From the NCBI GenBank assembly GCA_965603825.1, contig CBFDEM010000013.1:1-64000 (forward strand): a DNA stretch of 64,000 nucleotides, read 5' to 3'. The stretch is from Blepharisma stoltei ATCC 30299 (lineage: Eukaryota; Protista; Ciliophora). Made by a program: the position numbers and the translations under genes. This document shows, piece after piece, positions 23,273-35,698 of the stretch. The notes under the pieces are model-generated. The model worked only from the letters and a program-made list of their open reading frames with translations, ran no database searches and was not told the origin of the DNA. How positions within the stretch are numbered: position 1 is the first letter of the stretch; the number at the start of each line of letters is the position of its first letter.

Positions 23273-25990
23273 TTAAAATGGATCGTCCCAGCCTGGGTCT
23301 GGCAGTTTGCCTCGCTTAGGCACGTCAATTGAGTCTCTAGCCTCTTCTTGCTATATAAAGATTACAGAAATAAAAGCAGACAATGTCTGCTTGCTTCTCA
23401 TAGCTGGCAAAATTTCGTCAGAAATGCTTGGAACTCTGGGAATATAAGGCGGCTTTATTTGTTTGCTGAGGATATTGTCCCAGTTTACACTCTTAAAGTA
23501 GCTGTGGTTTTTTATGATTTCTGTGTTTGCGCGCATGGCAGGGTTTTTGTCAAGTAAAACTTCGACTATCTGCAAGGTTTTTAAGGACTTGTTTATTTTT
23601 GGAGGAAAACCCAGTCTGTTTTTGAGAATTTTTTCATAGATTTTGTAAGGCTCTTCGTCTGAGTCTCCAAAGGGCATCATCCCACATACAAATTCATAAG
23701 CCATAACTCCAAGGCACCAATAATCTGCTGAAATCCCATACCCTTTCCCTAAAATGACTTCAGGTGCCATATAATGTGGCGTCCCCACAATTGTATAAGT
23801 CCTCCCTTGAATAATCTTAGCAGTCCCAAAATCAATCAGCTTAGGATAGCCTTCTTCGTCAATCATAATATTTTCTGGCTTAAGGTCTCTATAAACAATA
23901 TCCCTCTCATGCATATGTTCAAGTATAGCTAGCATGCACGATATATAGAACTTTGAATTGGCGTCGTTCATGCTTCCTAGCTCCCTTAAGACGTCAAATA
24001 AGTCTTTGCCTTGAACATATTCTTGGAGAAAATAAATTCTTTCGTGGTCTTTAAAGGTTTTGACTAATTTCATTATCAGAGGATGGTCAGTCTGTAGGAG
24101 AATATGACGCTCGAGGAGTAAGCTACTATAGAGATCATAGGCTTTGATTTTATCTCGGCATATAGTTTTTAGTGCATATGGAAGTCTGGTGGTCTTGTGG
24201 GCTGCAAGAAAGACGTTCCCGAACATCCCTTTGCCTAATAGTTTGACTATGTGCAAATCTTTGAGAGTGATTTTGTCATCTTGAAGCTCAATTCTCTTTA
24301 AAAGCATGATTCTTACGCCTTCGTTTACTAGGCTTAAAAAGTCTTCTTTGCTTAGTACCCACACTTGTACAATTCCGTTAGCCTTTACTGTTGCAGTTCT
24401 TTTTTCTTTTAAAATAATTGATCTTTCCCCAAAGTAATCATGCTGGCCTATAGTCCTAATCACTGCGTTATTTTTTATGATATCCACTTTTCCTTCTTTT
24501 ACTATATAAAAGGCATCCCCTGGGGCATTTTCATAAAAAATTACTTCTCTATCTCCAAATTCCCTCACAAATACTTTATTTACCAGAGACTCCAATTTCT
24601 TAAAAGGTAGTGCTTTGAGTAGCTGGACGTTTCTCATAATGCTTAAAATCTCGTTTCGTGAGCTTACTCTATTGAGCTGCCCTCCTATGCAGGCCTCAAA
24701 CTCTTGTCTTGCTATTTCTTCAATATCCACGTTTCCTTCTGCTCTTAAGTTTTCTTCGAAAACTCCTTCAGGAGCCGCTTCGAATTCTTCATCTCCTATA
24801 CATTCTAAAACATTGACTTTTTTTCTGGACTGTTCTGCTATTAAACTTCCTTTTACAAGGATTCACAGCTTTTTCCCTTTAGGTGCCCCTCTAGGAATAA
24901 CAACCTCATTTGGCTGAAAAGACTTGCATTTCATTTTGCTTATAATGTCTTCTTCCTGGGCTTTTGTTAGGCTTTTCAAAAAAGAGCTGCTTTCTAGTGC
25001 AATTCTTTGCGAGTTTTTGTAGATTATTTTTTGTAGGTGGCTTCCCAAAGCACGTGCCAGATCATCTCTTCCTATATACAGAAGAGTTGCCTTGGTTACC
25101 ACAGCGATAGTAGCCGTTCTTACACTATTATACAATAATGCCTGCTCACCGAAATAATCCCCTCTGCTCATTTGGCGGACGATTTTTCCTTTAATTGTAC
25201 AATTAACTAGCCCATCTTTGATTATATAAAACAGGTTCCCTGGCTCTCCTTCAGTTACTACCTTTCTCCCAGGATCAAACTCTTGATGGCTCAAAGCAGC
25301 CAGCAAGGTTTCTTGTTGATTTTTATTCAAGCACTGAAAAATTGGTACACTTTCAATAAACTGCTTATTTTCGTTATATCTTTGAGCATTGATTGATTCA
25401 ATTGCGTTACGAAATTCATACCTGTCAATTCCCCATAGCATCACTTTTTCTATAGAAAGGACTGTATTGGTTCGCTCACACTCTTGCATAAGAGCCATTT
25501 CTCCAAAGCTGCCGCCTTTGCCTAGCACAGTTTTTTGCATTCCTTTCTCGACTACTTCGCACCTTCCTTTAGAAATAATAAAAAAATGAGTAGCAGGGCT
25601 TCCTTTGGAATAAATTACCTGCTGTGGCTCCATCACATAAAGCCTCATATTTGAAATGGCAGCTTCTATGTTGTCTTCTGAGAGGCTCTGGAAAATGAAA
25701 TGGTGTCCTAAGGCAGCCCTGATTTCTTTTTTGTCCTGCATGGTTTTGGGGACTTCTTTGATAATTGCAGTAGAAGCTTCAGTAGGGACAATAGTTCTGC
25801 CTCGTTTCAAGGTCATAGCCCTTTTCTTTTCGTTTCTTTTGGCTGGCTGATTGGGGAGATTTTCTTCTGGGAATAGTCCTCCCATCGATATAGCTCGGTT
25901 GTGCAGGAATTTAGCTGTAGCGCTTCTTTTTAGAGGCATTATAGCAGAGACTGTATCAGAAGAGTTTTTCTTGATCGTGCAATTCCCCAT
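23273..25990 (-). CDS. PKG: cGMP-dependent protein kinase, alveolate type (900 aa; one 15-nt intron)
   Basis: N-terminal MGNC acylation motif. Repeated cNMP-binding domains (FGEMAL..RT, FGEQAL..RTA, FGERS..RTA). Kinase GKGMFG/YRDLKPEN/DFGTAK/GTPHYMAPE. TGA=W at 24863. Intron 23351-23365 gives the AGC-type end WDDPF. Confidence 0.93.
23351..23365 (-). other. 15-nt spliceosomal intron GTAATCTTTATATAG
   Basis: Contains an in-frame TAG. Removing it adds QEEARDSIDVPKRGKLPDPGWDDPF*, a typical PKG C-terminus. A at position 10. Confidence 0.88.
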
Positions 25991-26059
25991 ATATTATGCA
26001 AAAATCTTTAAATTAAAGATATCTTTTTTCATTAAAAATTAGTCTATTAAATATCTATC

Positions 26060-27151
26060 TTAAATAAACACTTTTGGGTAGAAATTCTCCTCTTTGATTG
26101 TTTTCCCTGTAAATTGCCCATAAATTTTGACAAAAAATAAAGCAATGCCTGTGATTACAGCAATATATAGTAATAATGCAGCAAATAGAACAAAAATAGC
26201 GTCAATAAGCAGGATTACTGGGATTATAAATACCAATAGGACTCCTACAAGAATTGGGTTGTGCTCTAGAATTCTGAACCATTGCAATAAATAGTGCCCT
26301 GTAACTATAAACATCAAGACAATTAAAATTATCGGCGACAATAAAAACAGCAGAGGGTAGAAATATTTTTTATACTCAAATATTCACAATTCAGACTCCA
26401 GCTCATTTATATAGTCCTTTGCGATTACCAAAGCAATAAAAGGAGAAAATGGGAATAAGAAAGGCCCAAATATCAAGCATAGTATAATAAACCAGTTTAC
26501 GTTCCATATATCTTTTCCAAGCAAGCAATAGAAGCTGTGGTTCGGATCAAGCTTGTTACTTCCACAGATCCAGCATCAGGTTGTCCCGCATACACAGTTC
26601 ATATGTGAACACCCACCTCGCTTTTCGACCATCCTCTTGCACTTAGGACAAAACTTCACATTATTTGCTTTTACCCATTCTTCGAACTGTATATCGTCAT
26701 TTTTGTGGCATCTTTTCCAGCCGTGCCAGGAATCAAGGCAGAAGAAGCAATATAGATGCCCGCACTCGTTGCATTTTAATTTGCTCTTATTCGAGCTCCC
26801 AGTGTCATATCCATTACATCCTACCTTTGGACAAAATCTTACAAAAGGGTTCATATTGAGCTCTTCTCTCAATAAAAAACGGTCATATTTCTGTATCCAT
26901 GATTTATCTAGAATTTCTGATAAATATTTTCGACTGAGGGGGTTTGTGCAGATCGGACATTTAAGATTTCTTACTTTTGATTCCGAGATTGAGTGCATGA
27001 GGTACAATTTCATGCAGTCTACACAAAAAGAATGCCCACAGTAAGGAATTGTTGTGTTATTTTGTTTATCCCAGTAACAAATTGGGCACATTTCAGTACT
27101 TTCTTTGCTTACGAGCTCTATTTCTTCGATTGTTGAATTCAAAGAGTCCAT
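26060..27151 (-). CDS. RBR (RING-IBR-RING) E3 ubiquitin ligase with C-terminal transmembrane segments (363 aa)
   Basis: RING1 CPIC..CGHSFCVDC..CPIC, IBR CPKVGC..CNECGHLYCFFC..WH, RING2 CPKC..GGCSHMNCVCGTT(W=TGA 26576)CWIC, then hydrophobic helices to TAA 26060. Confidence 0.9.
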
Positions 27152-27259
27152 TTTTATTTTAAATTAAGCGATTAACGACTATTCGTAAGAGAAAAACGAA
27201 AAGTAAAAAATGATGAAAATAGGCAGCTGGGACTGAGATAAGTTGTTGGGGAGTAAAAA

Positions 27260-28185
27260 AGCCATTTTTAATATTTTTAATTGAAAAGTTTAGGGGAATA
27301 ATTAGTGTCTTGCTTTGCATATGTGTAAATACCCTAAAATTTTAATAAAAAAAGTAAAATTCCTGCAACAAAGCCTAACATTATAATTGTCACTATGCAA
27401 GGTATAAAAGCGATTACAATGATGCTCATAAAAGGAAACAGTAATAAAATAAGCAGGAGCCTAAATCATAGAGGATGCCTAAATCTGAAAAAAAATCTAA
27501 TCGCAGGAGATAGGCACCTCAATAAGTAGAAGAACTTCAATTAATGGAGAAAAAATCAAAAATAGCATAACCAAAATATCTATGCGTGCAATTCATTTCA
27601 CAGGGTCAATTTCTTGAAACCAGCTTAGAATTATATAAAAAATATAAAAAAGTGCCAAGGAAACAGCAAAAGTCCAAAAATTAAAGCGAAAATTAAAATC
27701 TAATGAATTTCCATATATCTCCCGCTCCAACAGCGGATATTGTGATAGGTTCTTGGTTGTTTCCTCCGCACCTTCAGCAATAGTACCAATGATGCCTATA
27801 TATGCAAACATATTATGGCCTCTTCTCCTTATTTCAGCCCTCCTTACATTAGGGCAAAATTTCACGCTATTTTTCTCGGCTCATTCTCAAATTCTATATC
27901 GGCAATTTTCTTGCAGTAGAGATCTGTCATATTTTTGAGGAAATGATAGTAGAAAGAAAATCTCGGCTGATAGTTCTGGTGCAGACGGAAATTGGATGGA
28001 ATATTGGTTACTTTTGATTCTGAGATCAGGGAAATTAAATAGGAATTTAAGCATTCTTGACAAAAAATGTGACCACAGTCAGTGACTGTGATGAGAGAGG
28101 ACTTGGATATATAGCAGATTGGGCGAATTTGGTAGTGCTTTTTGTTAAGGCTCCTCTTCTAAGATTATATAAGTTATTTAGCCAT
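27260..28185 (-). pseudogene. Decayed tandem paralog of the RBR E3 gene
   Basis: Minus-strand fragments QIRPICYISK..DCGHIFCQECLNSYLISLISESKVTNI and VKFCPNV match the neighbour (CPICY..CGHSFCVDC..SISESKVRNL; VKFCPKC), followed by hydrophobic stretches. Many TAA/TAG stops and frameshifts. Confidence 0.75.
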
Positions 28186-29762
28186 AATTCCTGATAGCTA
28201 AAATTTATTGATTAAGTTTATTTTAATTAAAAGCATTATTCTTCATTACTCCTTGGATCAGTCTATTTAGGAGATTACAGCACTTGCGATAAATAATTAT
28301 CTTGAAAAGTCTCTCAACCTCATTCTGAATCTACTTTGAACTTTGCAGGGCTAGATTTTAATCTCCAGAAGCGAAGGTGAAATCTTGTCCTTAGTATTAG
28401 CATCTGTGGGTTGAAGAAGAGGATCTGTAAGCCTAAACAGAAAACTTCACCAATAAAATCAATAAAAATTCGATCAAGTCTGAATTTTCTCCTCAGATCA
28501 AGAATTTTAAGTCAAGAGCCTGCAATTTTAAAATAAGAATTATCGGGCTTATATGCTTTAAAATTATGATGAGCAAATTTATTACGTTAAATACTTTGCT
28601 TGCCAAAGCGTTTTAAAAATTGAAAATTGGAATGTCAGACATCTATACTTAAGCATGATTTTAGCAGATTAAGAGGCAAATATAATTCGCCACATATAAT
28701 AGTTAATTCAAATATCCTCAAATTAATTTAAAGATTTAATCTACTTTTTCAAACTTATCTGGTTCAATTTTTGCTATTATTTGAAGCTCAAGTTGCATCT
28801 ACACTCATTCAACAATGAAATAATTAATTCCGATTGCATCTTTAAGTCGATTATTAAATGCTCTTCTTTCTTTCAAAAAAATAATATAAATATTTAAAAA
28901 CAATTAATTAAAAAGAAATAAATTTGCTCAAAGTTTAAAGAATAAAAAATCAGAATGAATTTTTGATGATTCATGTATTACAGCCAATATCTATCTAAGA
29001 TTTAACAAAAAAGCAAAGGTTTAATAAATTTTTTTAAGGACTAATTTATCCATAAAAATTTGGATAGGTACTCTAATTATCAGGGAAATACAAGTCACCT
29101 TTGAAAAGGCAAGCATAAAATCTATTTTGAATTATAAAAGCAAATTAATGATAAAAATTGTAAAATTTTATTGAAATTGTAATTTCACTTAATAAAACTA
29201 TTTCCAATTATTTTAGATTTATTTTTAATAAATTGCGAAGCTGAGATCCTATGAATTTATTTTTTCTTACCGATGCTATGCAAAAAATTAATAATCTCTC
29301 AAATTTAGCCATTTTATTGGTATTTAATAAAAAAAATGCAGCATCAGTGCTCTAAGTAGCACCTAAAATAATCACTATTTTGATCATCCAGTCCTTTAAA
29401 ACATTATATCACTTCCAAAAACTGCATAATGATTATAATTTATGATTCCATTCCAATTATACCGATTTTTATCCTATCAACTTCAACTTCTTCCCATAGC
29501 AAAATACCTCTTTCTGATTACTAGCAAAACTATTATAACACTCTTTTCATAACTATTTTTCAGTCATCAACCTATAGCATTTCTATTCTAACGATACTTA
29601 CTTATTTTGCATTTCGAGTCCAGCAGCAAAAAAAAACACCCAAAATTTTTTTTTCACAACTTTTATTTAAATATTCAAGAAAAATACACAGGATCTCAAA
29701 AACTAAATCCGATCCCCATGCTAATTATTACCATGAAAAATTTCATAAAAGCATTTAGCTTT

Positions 29763-30359
29763 TTAAATATTATTTTGGGGCCTGAAAAAAGGACTGTTCT
29801 CTCTCATGAGACACTTGTCTACGTGAATATCAAGCAGATACTTATTGTACAATATCTTCTGGCAATAAATGCAGCTGATTCTGGTCGATTTGTCATGCAC
29901 TTGAATCATGTGAAATTTAACTGCGTGCTTGTGCTTGAACTCCTTATTGCATACTGGACATTTGGCGTTTTTCCCTTCTTGGTTGTGGACCTTTCCTATA
30001 TGCTGTTGGAGTCCTTTTGGAGAAATAAAGTCTTTGTTACAGAGATGGCAATGCATAGAGCCTAAGTCATTAGGTGTCGGTAAAGGGAGCTGAGTGATAG
30101 CCATTCCCAGAGCTTGAGGAGTTGCCTGAGGCTCAGAGGCTGAGGAGCTCTTTACCTGGACATGCTCCTGTATGGCTGCATTTCTGTCAGTGTTTGTGTT
30201 ATTTGAAAACCGGTGAATAAAGAGTGCTACTTCACTGCCGAAGTTGAGGTTGCAACTACTACATTTATATGCAGTTTTACTTTCCGCGCTGTGAAAAGCG
30301 TCCAAAATACAGGGTCGTGGGAGCAGTCAGAAGCTTCCCATAAAGGAATTCCTTTGCAT
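29763..30359 (-). CDS. C2H2 zinc-finger protein (198 aa with UGA=Trp)
   Basis: CHLC..KGLQQHIGKVH, CPVC..FKHKHAVKFHMIQVH, CIYC..H..KC. In-frame ATG at 30359 reached through one TGA. Confidence 0.85.
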
Positions 30360-31739
30360 TTTCTATTATCGGTAGAGAAAATTTAAAATTTGAGCCATTA
30401 AGGTGGTTTCGGATTATGGATTCTGTATGTGGATTAATTAATTTTAGTATATTTTGGGACAAGGACGGCTGGGGGAAGAAAGGAATAAAAAGAAAAGAAT
30501 TAGGTTTGATGCCTTATTTATTCCTAAAATAAAGCAGTAACCACCATATATATTATTTATTTAACTAGCCATAAGTAATGGCAAATAAGTAGAAGTAGCT
30601 CAAGGCAGAGAGACTGGATTTAATAAAAAATTCATAATGTTAAGACAAATCGGCGCTTATTTCTCAGATTTATTCAACACCAAGAATTCATTTTTAAATT
30701 TTTTAATAAGTTCATTTTAAAATATGTGGCCTTTTTCTAGTTTTTATTAAGTACAATTTATAACTTTTTAATTCAGACTTAACTGCTTACTTTAAGCTTG
30801 GGAGTGGACTTGGTTTTACTACAGAATTCAAAAAAAAAACTTTTCTAAAGAAATAAATATGAAAATTTACTCAATAAGCTGATTTGCTCAATACTTTATA
30901 TAAAAAAAGCATATATATGAAGATAATTAGTTGGGTTATTATTGCTTGATAGGAAATCATAAAAATTCAAATAAACCACTCTTATGACACTGGAAATACG
31001 ATTCCTTCAAATACAAATTTTAAGAAGTTCCAACTACTTCCAGTCTGATTTTTGTCTGTGCATGCAATAAAGAATTATTATAAGAATAATTAGCTATTGC
31101 CAAGTTCACATTAATGCAGAAAATTTCCTCACATAAAATTATCAAGGTTGACTTAATAATTTTGTAACTTATCCTATAATTATGGAGTGAATATAAATTT
31201 CGGAATTGGAATTTAAAACTATGAGCATCATCATTGCTCTTATATGCTAATTTTGTTTGATTTAAAATTAGATCTCTGATCCTTAAAATATGTATTGTAT
31301 AAGCTAATCTATATACAAGATATTGGATTTAATAAATAAAATATTTATATGGTACTAATCTATGCTAATAGCTTTATCCTTTTCTTTTCTATTTTAACGC
31401 TGTGAGTTTTTTGATTAAAATTAAAATATAAGTTATTTCGCATATGCCTATTAGAAATTAATAGCATAAGCCATTCTTGATACGCTTACACAAATGTATT
31501 TATGAGCTTTTTAAACCCAAAAATCTATTTTTTTTCTTTATAACTGAATCATAATTATGAATGCATTTAATTGTAAGTTTAATTTGAAATACAAATAAAA
31601 GCATTTAGCAGCTATTTAAATACTCAATTCATAATAGCTCTTATACTTTTCAATGCAAACCTATTTACAAATCAATTGATTTACTAATAATAAATTTTGG
31701 GTTGAGCAGTTCTTCATATTTATATATAAAATATGCAGT

Positions 31740-32260
31740 TCCTCTGTGACAGAGGTATGCATACCTGACATGGTTTTGAGCTGTGCTTATGGCACTACAT
31801 GAGTCAGTAACCTTAATGCGAGAGATGAAGACTGAAGGCTGATATTTTTCGATAACCCCCTTGGGTAGTTAAATTCATTCTTTTTACAAGCAGATTCCAG
31901 TTCAGTGGGTATCCGATATGATGCAAAGTATCATTCTTGCTTAAGAGTTTGTATGGCTTGCTCCAAATAGTGATAGCTGCTGAGTTCTTTTTCCAGATGG
32001 TAGGAAAGAAGGGAAGCAAGCTAGACAGTGAAGCGGGAGTTTATTCAAAAATGGTCCTCTTGTGCTGAATTTTGACGTGGAGGGGATAGAGTTGTTATTA
32101 CTTGGGCGAAGCCATAGTTTGGAAATAGAGACGGTCAACGAATCAGGTAAATTATCTTAAACCTTCACCCAAAAGCTGGAGGTTTCACCAATCTCAGGGC
32201 AGATGCGTTCTCCCATCCCACACAGGAGAGAGCGCAGCTAACTAAGTAGGGACTTAAAAG
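31740..32260 (+). ncRNA. Candidate structured non-coding RNA, family unassigned
   Basis: GC-elevated island between AT-rich spacers with no convincing ORF. At least eight helices can be drawn, most with G-U pairs on the + strand. TATA-like TATATATAAAA at ~31721-31731. Confidence 0.5.
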
Positions 32261-32297
32261 AATTTACTTAAACTAACTAGCTAATTCATAATATAAA

Positions 32298-32570
32298 ATG
32301 GGATATTACAGTGTGCAGTCTTTCTATAGCTTGCTTGATTCTGTACCTAAAGTTACTGGAATTTCAGGAGGTCAGCTATTCAGCCAATTTTCAGAAAAAG
32401 AATATTCAAGAGCTCCATCCGAAGCTTTTATTGGGATGAAAATAGAAACTTTGATACTTAGATATGCAGAAAATCAGCACCAATATCTTTTTGGCTATGA
32501 ATGCTATAAAAAATTAGTTCCACTCATTCAAAAACTATATGAAAAGCAACAACAAGAGAAAATCTCTTAA
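32298..32570 (+). CDS. Small hypothetical protein (90 aa)
   Basis: ATG after an A-rich leader, TAA stop, ordinary amino-acid composition. No family recognised. Confidence 0.6.
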   Translation: MGYYSVQSFYSLLDSVPKVTGISGGQLFSQFSEKEYSRAPSEAFIGMKIETLILRYAENQHQYLFGYECYKKLVPLIQKLYEKQQQEKIS

Positions 32571-32711
32571 AATCCTAATTTTTTAAGTAAATTTCTTTGC
32601 TGACTTAATTCATAATATTTAAATAAAATACATCACGATTAAGAATAAATTAAAAATGCTTTGTGTATAGTATCCACTGCTCTCCATAATTATTTCACTA
32701 AAAAATAATTC

Positions 32712-33323
32712 TTATTTAATCGGCATTTTTTCGGCAGCTTGCTGACTCCATAAATCCATACACGCTTTTTCTGCTTTAGAAGGCTGGAATAAGATATTCA
32801 AAAAGCTATAATAAGATTTCAGCATATTGTCTTTTTCAGATCCATAGCAATATATCATAAAGACAATCATAGCCATAAACAGAAACACCTCTATTTTATT
32901 CACATCAAGTCCATACTGTTTTCCTTGTCTTCTAAGGATTATGTCAAGAAATCGTGCAAAGAAATAAAGTGCCCAAGTTTCCCTACGTCCAGGGTCTTCA
33001 ACTAAAATGGCCAGCCCACTAATTCCGCCAGAGATCACATAATTTAGGCCATCCTCTTTTTGGCGGAAATTTCTCAATAAGCATAAACTTGCCTTAAACA
33101 TAGAGTTCATAAGAGAGGCAAAACCTACGAATCTAAGAGTGTCAATGGATATAAAGCTTAGCAAGGACTTTATTGGGTTTCTGTAGCCCTTTCGTAGGAT
33201 AAAATTAAGGAGAATGTGAAGCGCTGACTTTGCGGCTAAGCTTTGAAGAAAGGCCATGACAAAGCCTCTTAGGGTATTTTCCCAGCATGGGCCTTTGTGC
33301 TTGCACAGCCTCTCTTGTGGCAT
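32712..33323 (-). CDS. TMEM135/PXMP4-like membrane protein
   Basis: CKHKGPCWENTLRGF, FKASLCLLRNFR, ISGGISGLAILVEDPGRRETWALYFFAR resemble TMEM135 repeats. Several hydrophobic helices. Confidence 0.75.
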   Translation of the reverse strand: MPQERLCKHKGPCWENTLRGFVMAFLQSLAAKSALHILLNFILRKGYRNPIKSLLSFISIDTLRFVGFASLMNSMFKASLCLLRNFRQKEDGLNYVISGGISGLAILVEDPGRRETWALYFFARFLDIILRRQGKQYGLDVNKIEVFLFMAMIVFMIYCYGSEKDNMLKSYYSFLNILFQPSKAEKACMDLWSQQAAEKMPIK

Positions 33324-34791
33324 TAATTTTATTATAAATTGGCATTTCTAATATTATATTAAAAATACTTATGGTGATAACTGTTTTAGTTTATTTGCTT
33401 AGAACCAAATGGTGAACCATTTTATTGGGATAAAATCCAAGATGTAATAGTTCGAAAACAATAAATATTTGAAGATTAAGTCCATGCTGTGAATTAAGCA
33501 ATGATTAACTCATAGTTTCTAAGTCAAAACAAAGAAAAGTTGAGAAAAGCTAAAATTTATATATTCAACATCAATTGAGCGAAAATTTACTATAGACTCA
33601 AAACAAGAAAAAATCATTGATTTCTCAATAAGAGACTCAGATAGGTACAAATTATTATGCTTTTTCTCTAACAAAATATATGCTAGTTTATCAAGTCAAT
33701 GTAAAAAATTGATAATTAAGTTAAATTTGCTTAGCTATTCACATAAAGATCATTTCCTCAAGTAATTTTTGCTTACTCAAATATATAAGCTCTTACAGAT
33801 TAATATTATATTCAAAGGGAAGTTGAAATAATAATAGTTGAAGAGAAGCTTTTCCAGAAAATTTAAATATAATAAACTGTATTGATGCTCATGTATAAAT
33901 CGCTAAACGTTTCAAAAGAGTAAGATTCTAAAAACTAATTATACAAAATCTAGAGTTTTGGCTGAAATATGCTAGAATAAATTTATTATTCTGCGATGAT
34001 ATAGCATAAGAAACAGAGAAGAAAGAATCATTATTATTTTTGAATACCCTAAAAAACCATTAAAATATATTGATGATACAATTATATTAATCTTAAATCC
34101 TGATTGATGGAAGATTACTGAGCGTTGGACATTCAATATATAAATTGAATTTGATTCAAAATGCAGAAAAACGAAAGTATTTAAAGTTTAATTTATTTTT
34201 CCAAGAAAACTTGGCTTTTAATGAAAAATGGGGATTTTCTGCACATGAATTAATGGAAAGAACGTTGGAAACTTTAATAATCAGACGCAATTCAGAGTTT
34301 TAGTTGGGAATCAAATGTAAGATGAAAATTTATAAAGAATATTTATTTTTCAAAATTTAATTAGTTTTACGACTTAAATTATACCCTGATTTTCTTAGAC
34401 TTCATTTAAATTCTTTATTACTAGAACATGCTTTTTAATAGGAGACTTTAATCTTTGATAATTCCATTTTCCCTTGTTTTTTATTGGCAAAAAATAACTA
34501 ACTTAAAGAGCTAAAATGGCAATATTCCTATGTTTTCAGCTTATTTTCAAATTTAAATTCCAGGTTTATTATAACCCAAGAGATAAGCTCTTCTTATTTG
34601 ATTAAAATAAAATGAATGACAGATCTAAATTTGCTTATTTTATAAATTAATAAATTTTTAACCTTAACACAGATTTTGGCCAGTTTAAAATTCAAAAGCC
34701 ATAATAAAAACTTGTATAGAATTTCGACATAAACAATTAAACTCAATACGCATATATTTTTAAATTCTCCACATTTTATTAGCCTAACAAT

Positions 34792-35677
34792 ATGGAATTT
34801 ATAGCAGGGATTTTCGCAGGGATTTCTGTAACTCTATCAGGACATCCTCTTGAGTAACTTCTATTTCAGTACAATAAAAGTCCGAATGCAAGCTGGGCAC
34901 GTTCATAGCTTATCTCAATGCATATTAAAAAGTTATAGGGCTGACGGATTTCGAGGTTTCTATTATGGAATATCATCCCCTTTATGCTCAATCCCTCTTG
35001 TGAATGCTGTCGTTTTTGGCAGCTACTCCCAAGCTGCCGCTTATCTCGGTAATGACAACACAAATATATGAAACGGCATTTTGGCAGGGTCTTATGCAGG
35101 TCTTGTTAACACAACTGTAGTTACACCTGTTGAACTAATTAAATGCAGGATGCAGGCTCAGTCCCACAACAGTGAGATTGGTACTGAAATGAAATACAAA
35201 AATAGCATTGACTGTGTCAAAAAAATAGTAAAAGAACAAGGAATCAGGGGACTTTACGTTGGAAATGTCGCATCAATATATCGAGAAATCCCAGGATATG
35301 CAGCAAATTTTGTTGCATATGAATATGCGAAGGAAAGCTATAGGAAGCTCAGTGGGAAAGACACAGTGCCCACCTGGGCTTTGTTTATATCTGGGATGTG
35401 GGCTGGCTTTAACTGCTGGTTTTGGAGCTACCCACAAGACGTAATAAAAACAAAGCTACAAGTTGGGTTTCCTATAGAAAGAGGCTGGGATGGAGGCTTT
35501 TATATGATGGCCAAGCTTATTTATAAAGAAGAAGGCTGGAGGGGTTTTTGGGTCGGCTTTTCAGCTTGCACAATTAGATCGACAATCCCGAATGGCTTTG
35601 GATTTTTAGCTTACGAGCTCGCCTATGAAATTATAACAAGACATTGGGTGAGGGAGCCTCATCTTGTGAACCATTAA
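34792..35677 (+). CDS. Mitochondrial carrier, carnitine/acylcarnitine or basic amino acid type (289 aa; one 16-nt intron)
   Basis: Three Px[DE]xx[KR] signatures: PLDTIKVRMQ (after splicing), PVELIKCRMQ, PQDVIKTKLQ. TGA=W at 35069. Confidence 0.92.
34854..34869 (+). other. 16-nt spliceosomal intron GTAACTTCTATTTCAG
   Basis: Removing it creates the invariant carrier motif GHPL-D-TIKVR. A at position 10. Confidence 0.9.
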
Positions 35678-35698
35678 GAATTTCTTATTATGAAGATA

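Noticed and set aside
31733-32260. Protein-coding reading of the GC island (ORFs 31813-32019 and 31941-32138, or a spliced + strand gene via GTAACCTTAATGCGAG)
   Set aside because: The frames I translated are interrupted by TAA/TAG not removable by 15-16-nt introns, and no motif is recognisable. One minus frame has only a single internal stop, so a pseudogene is not fully excluded.
32253-32267. Minus-strand GTAAATTCTTTTAAG as a 15-nt intron
   Set aside because: It lacks the A at position 10 seen in all five supported introns and does not join any ORF.
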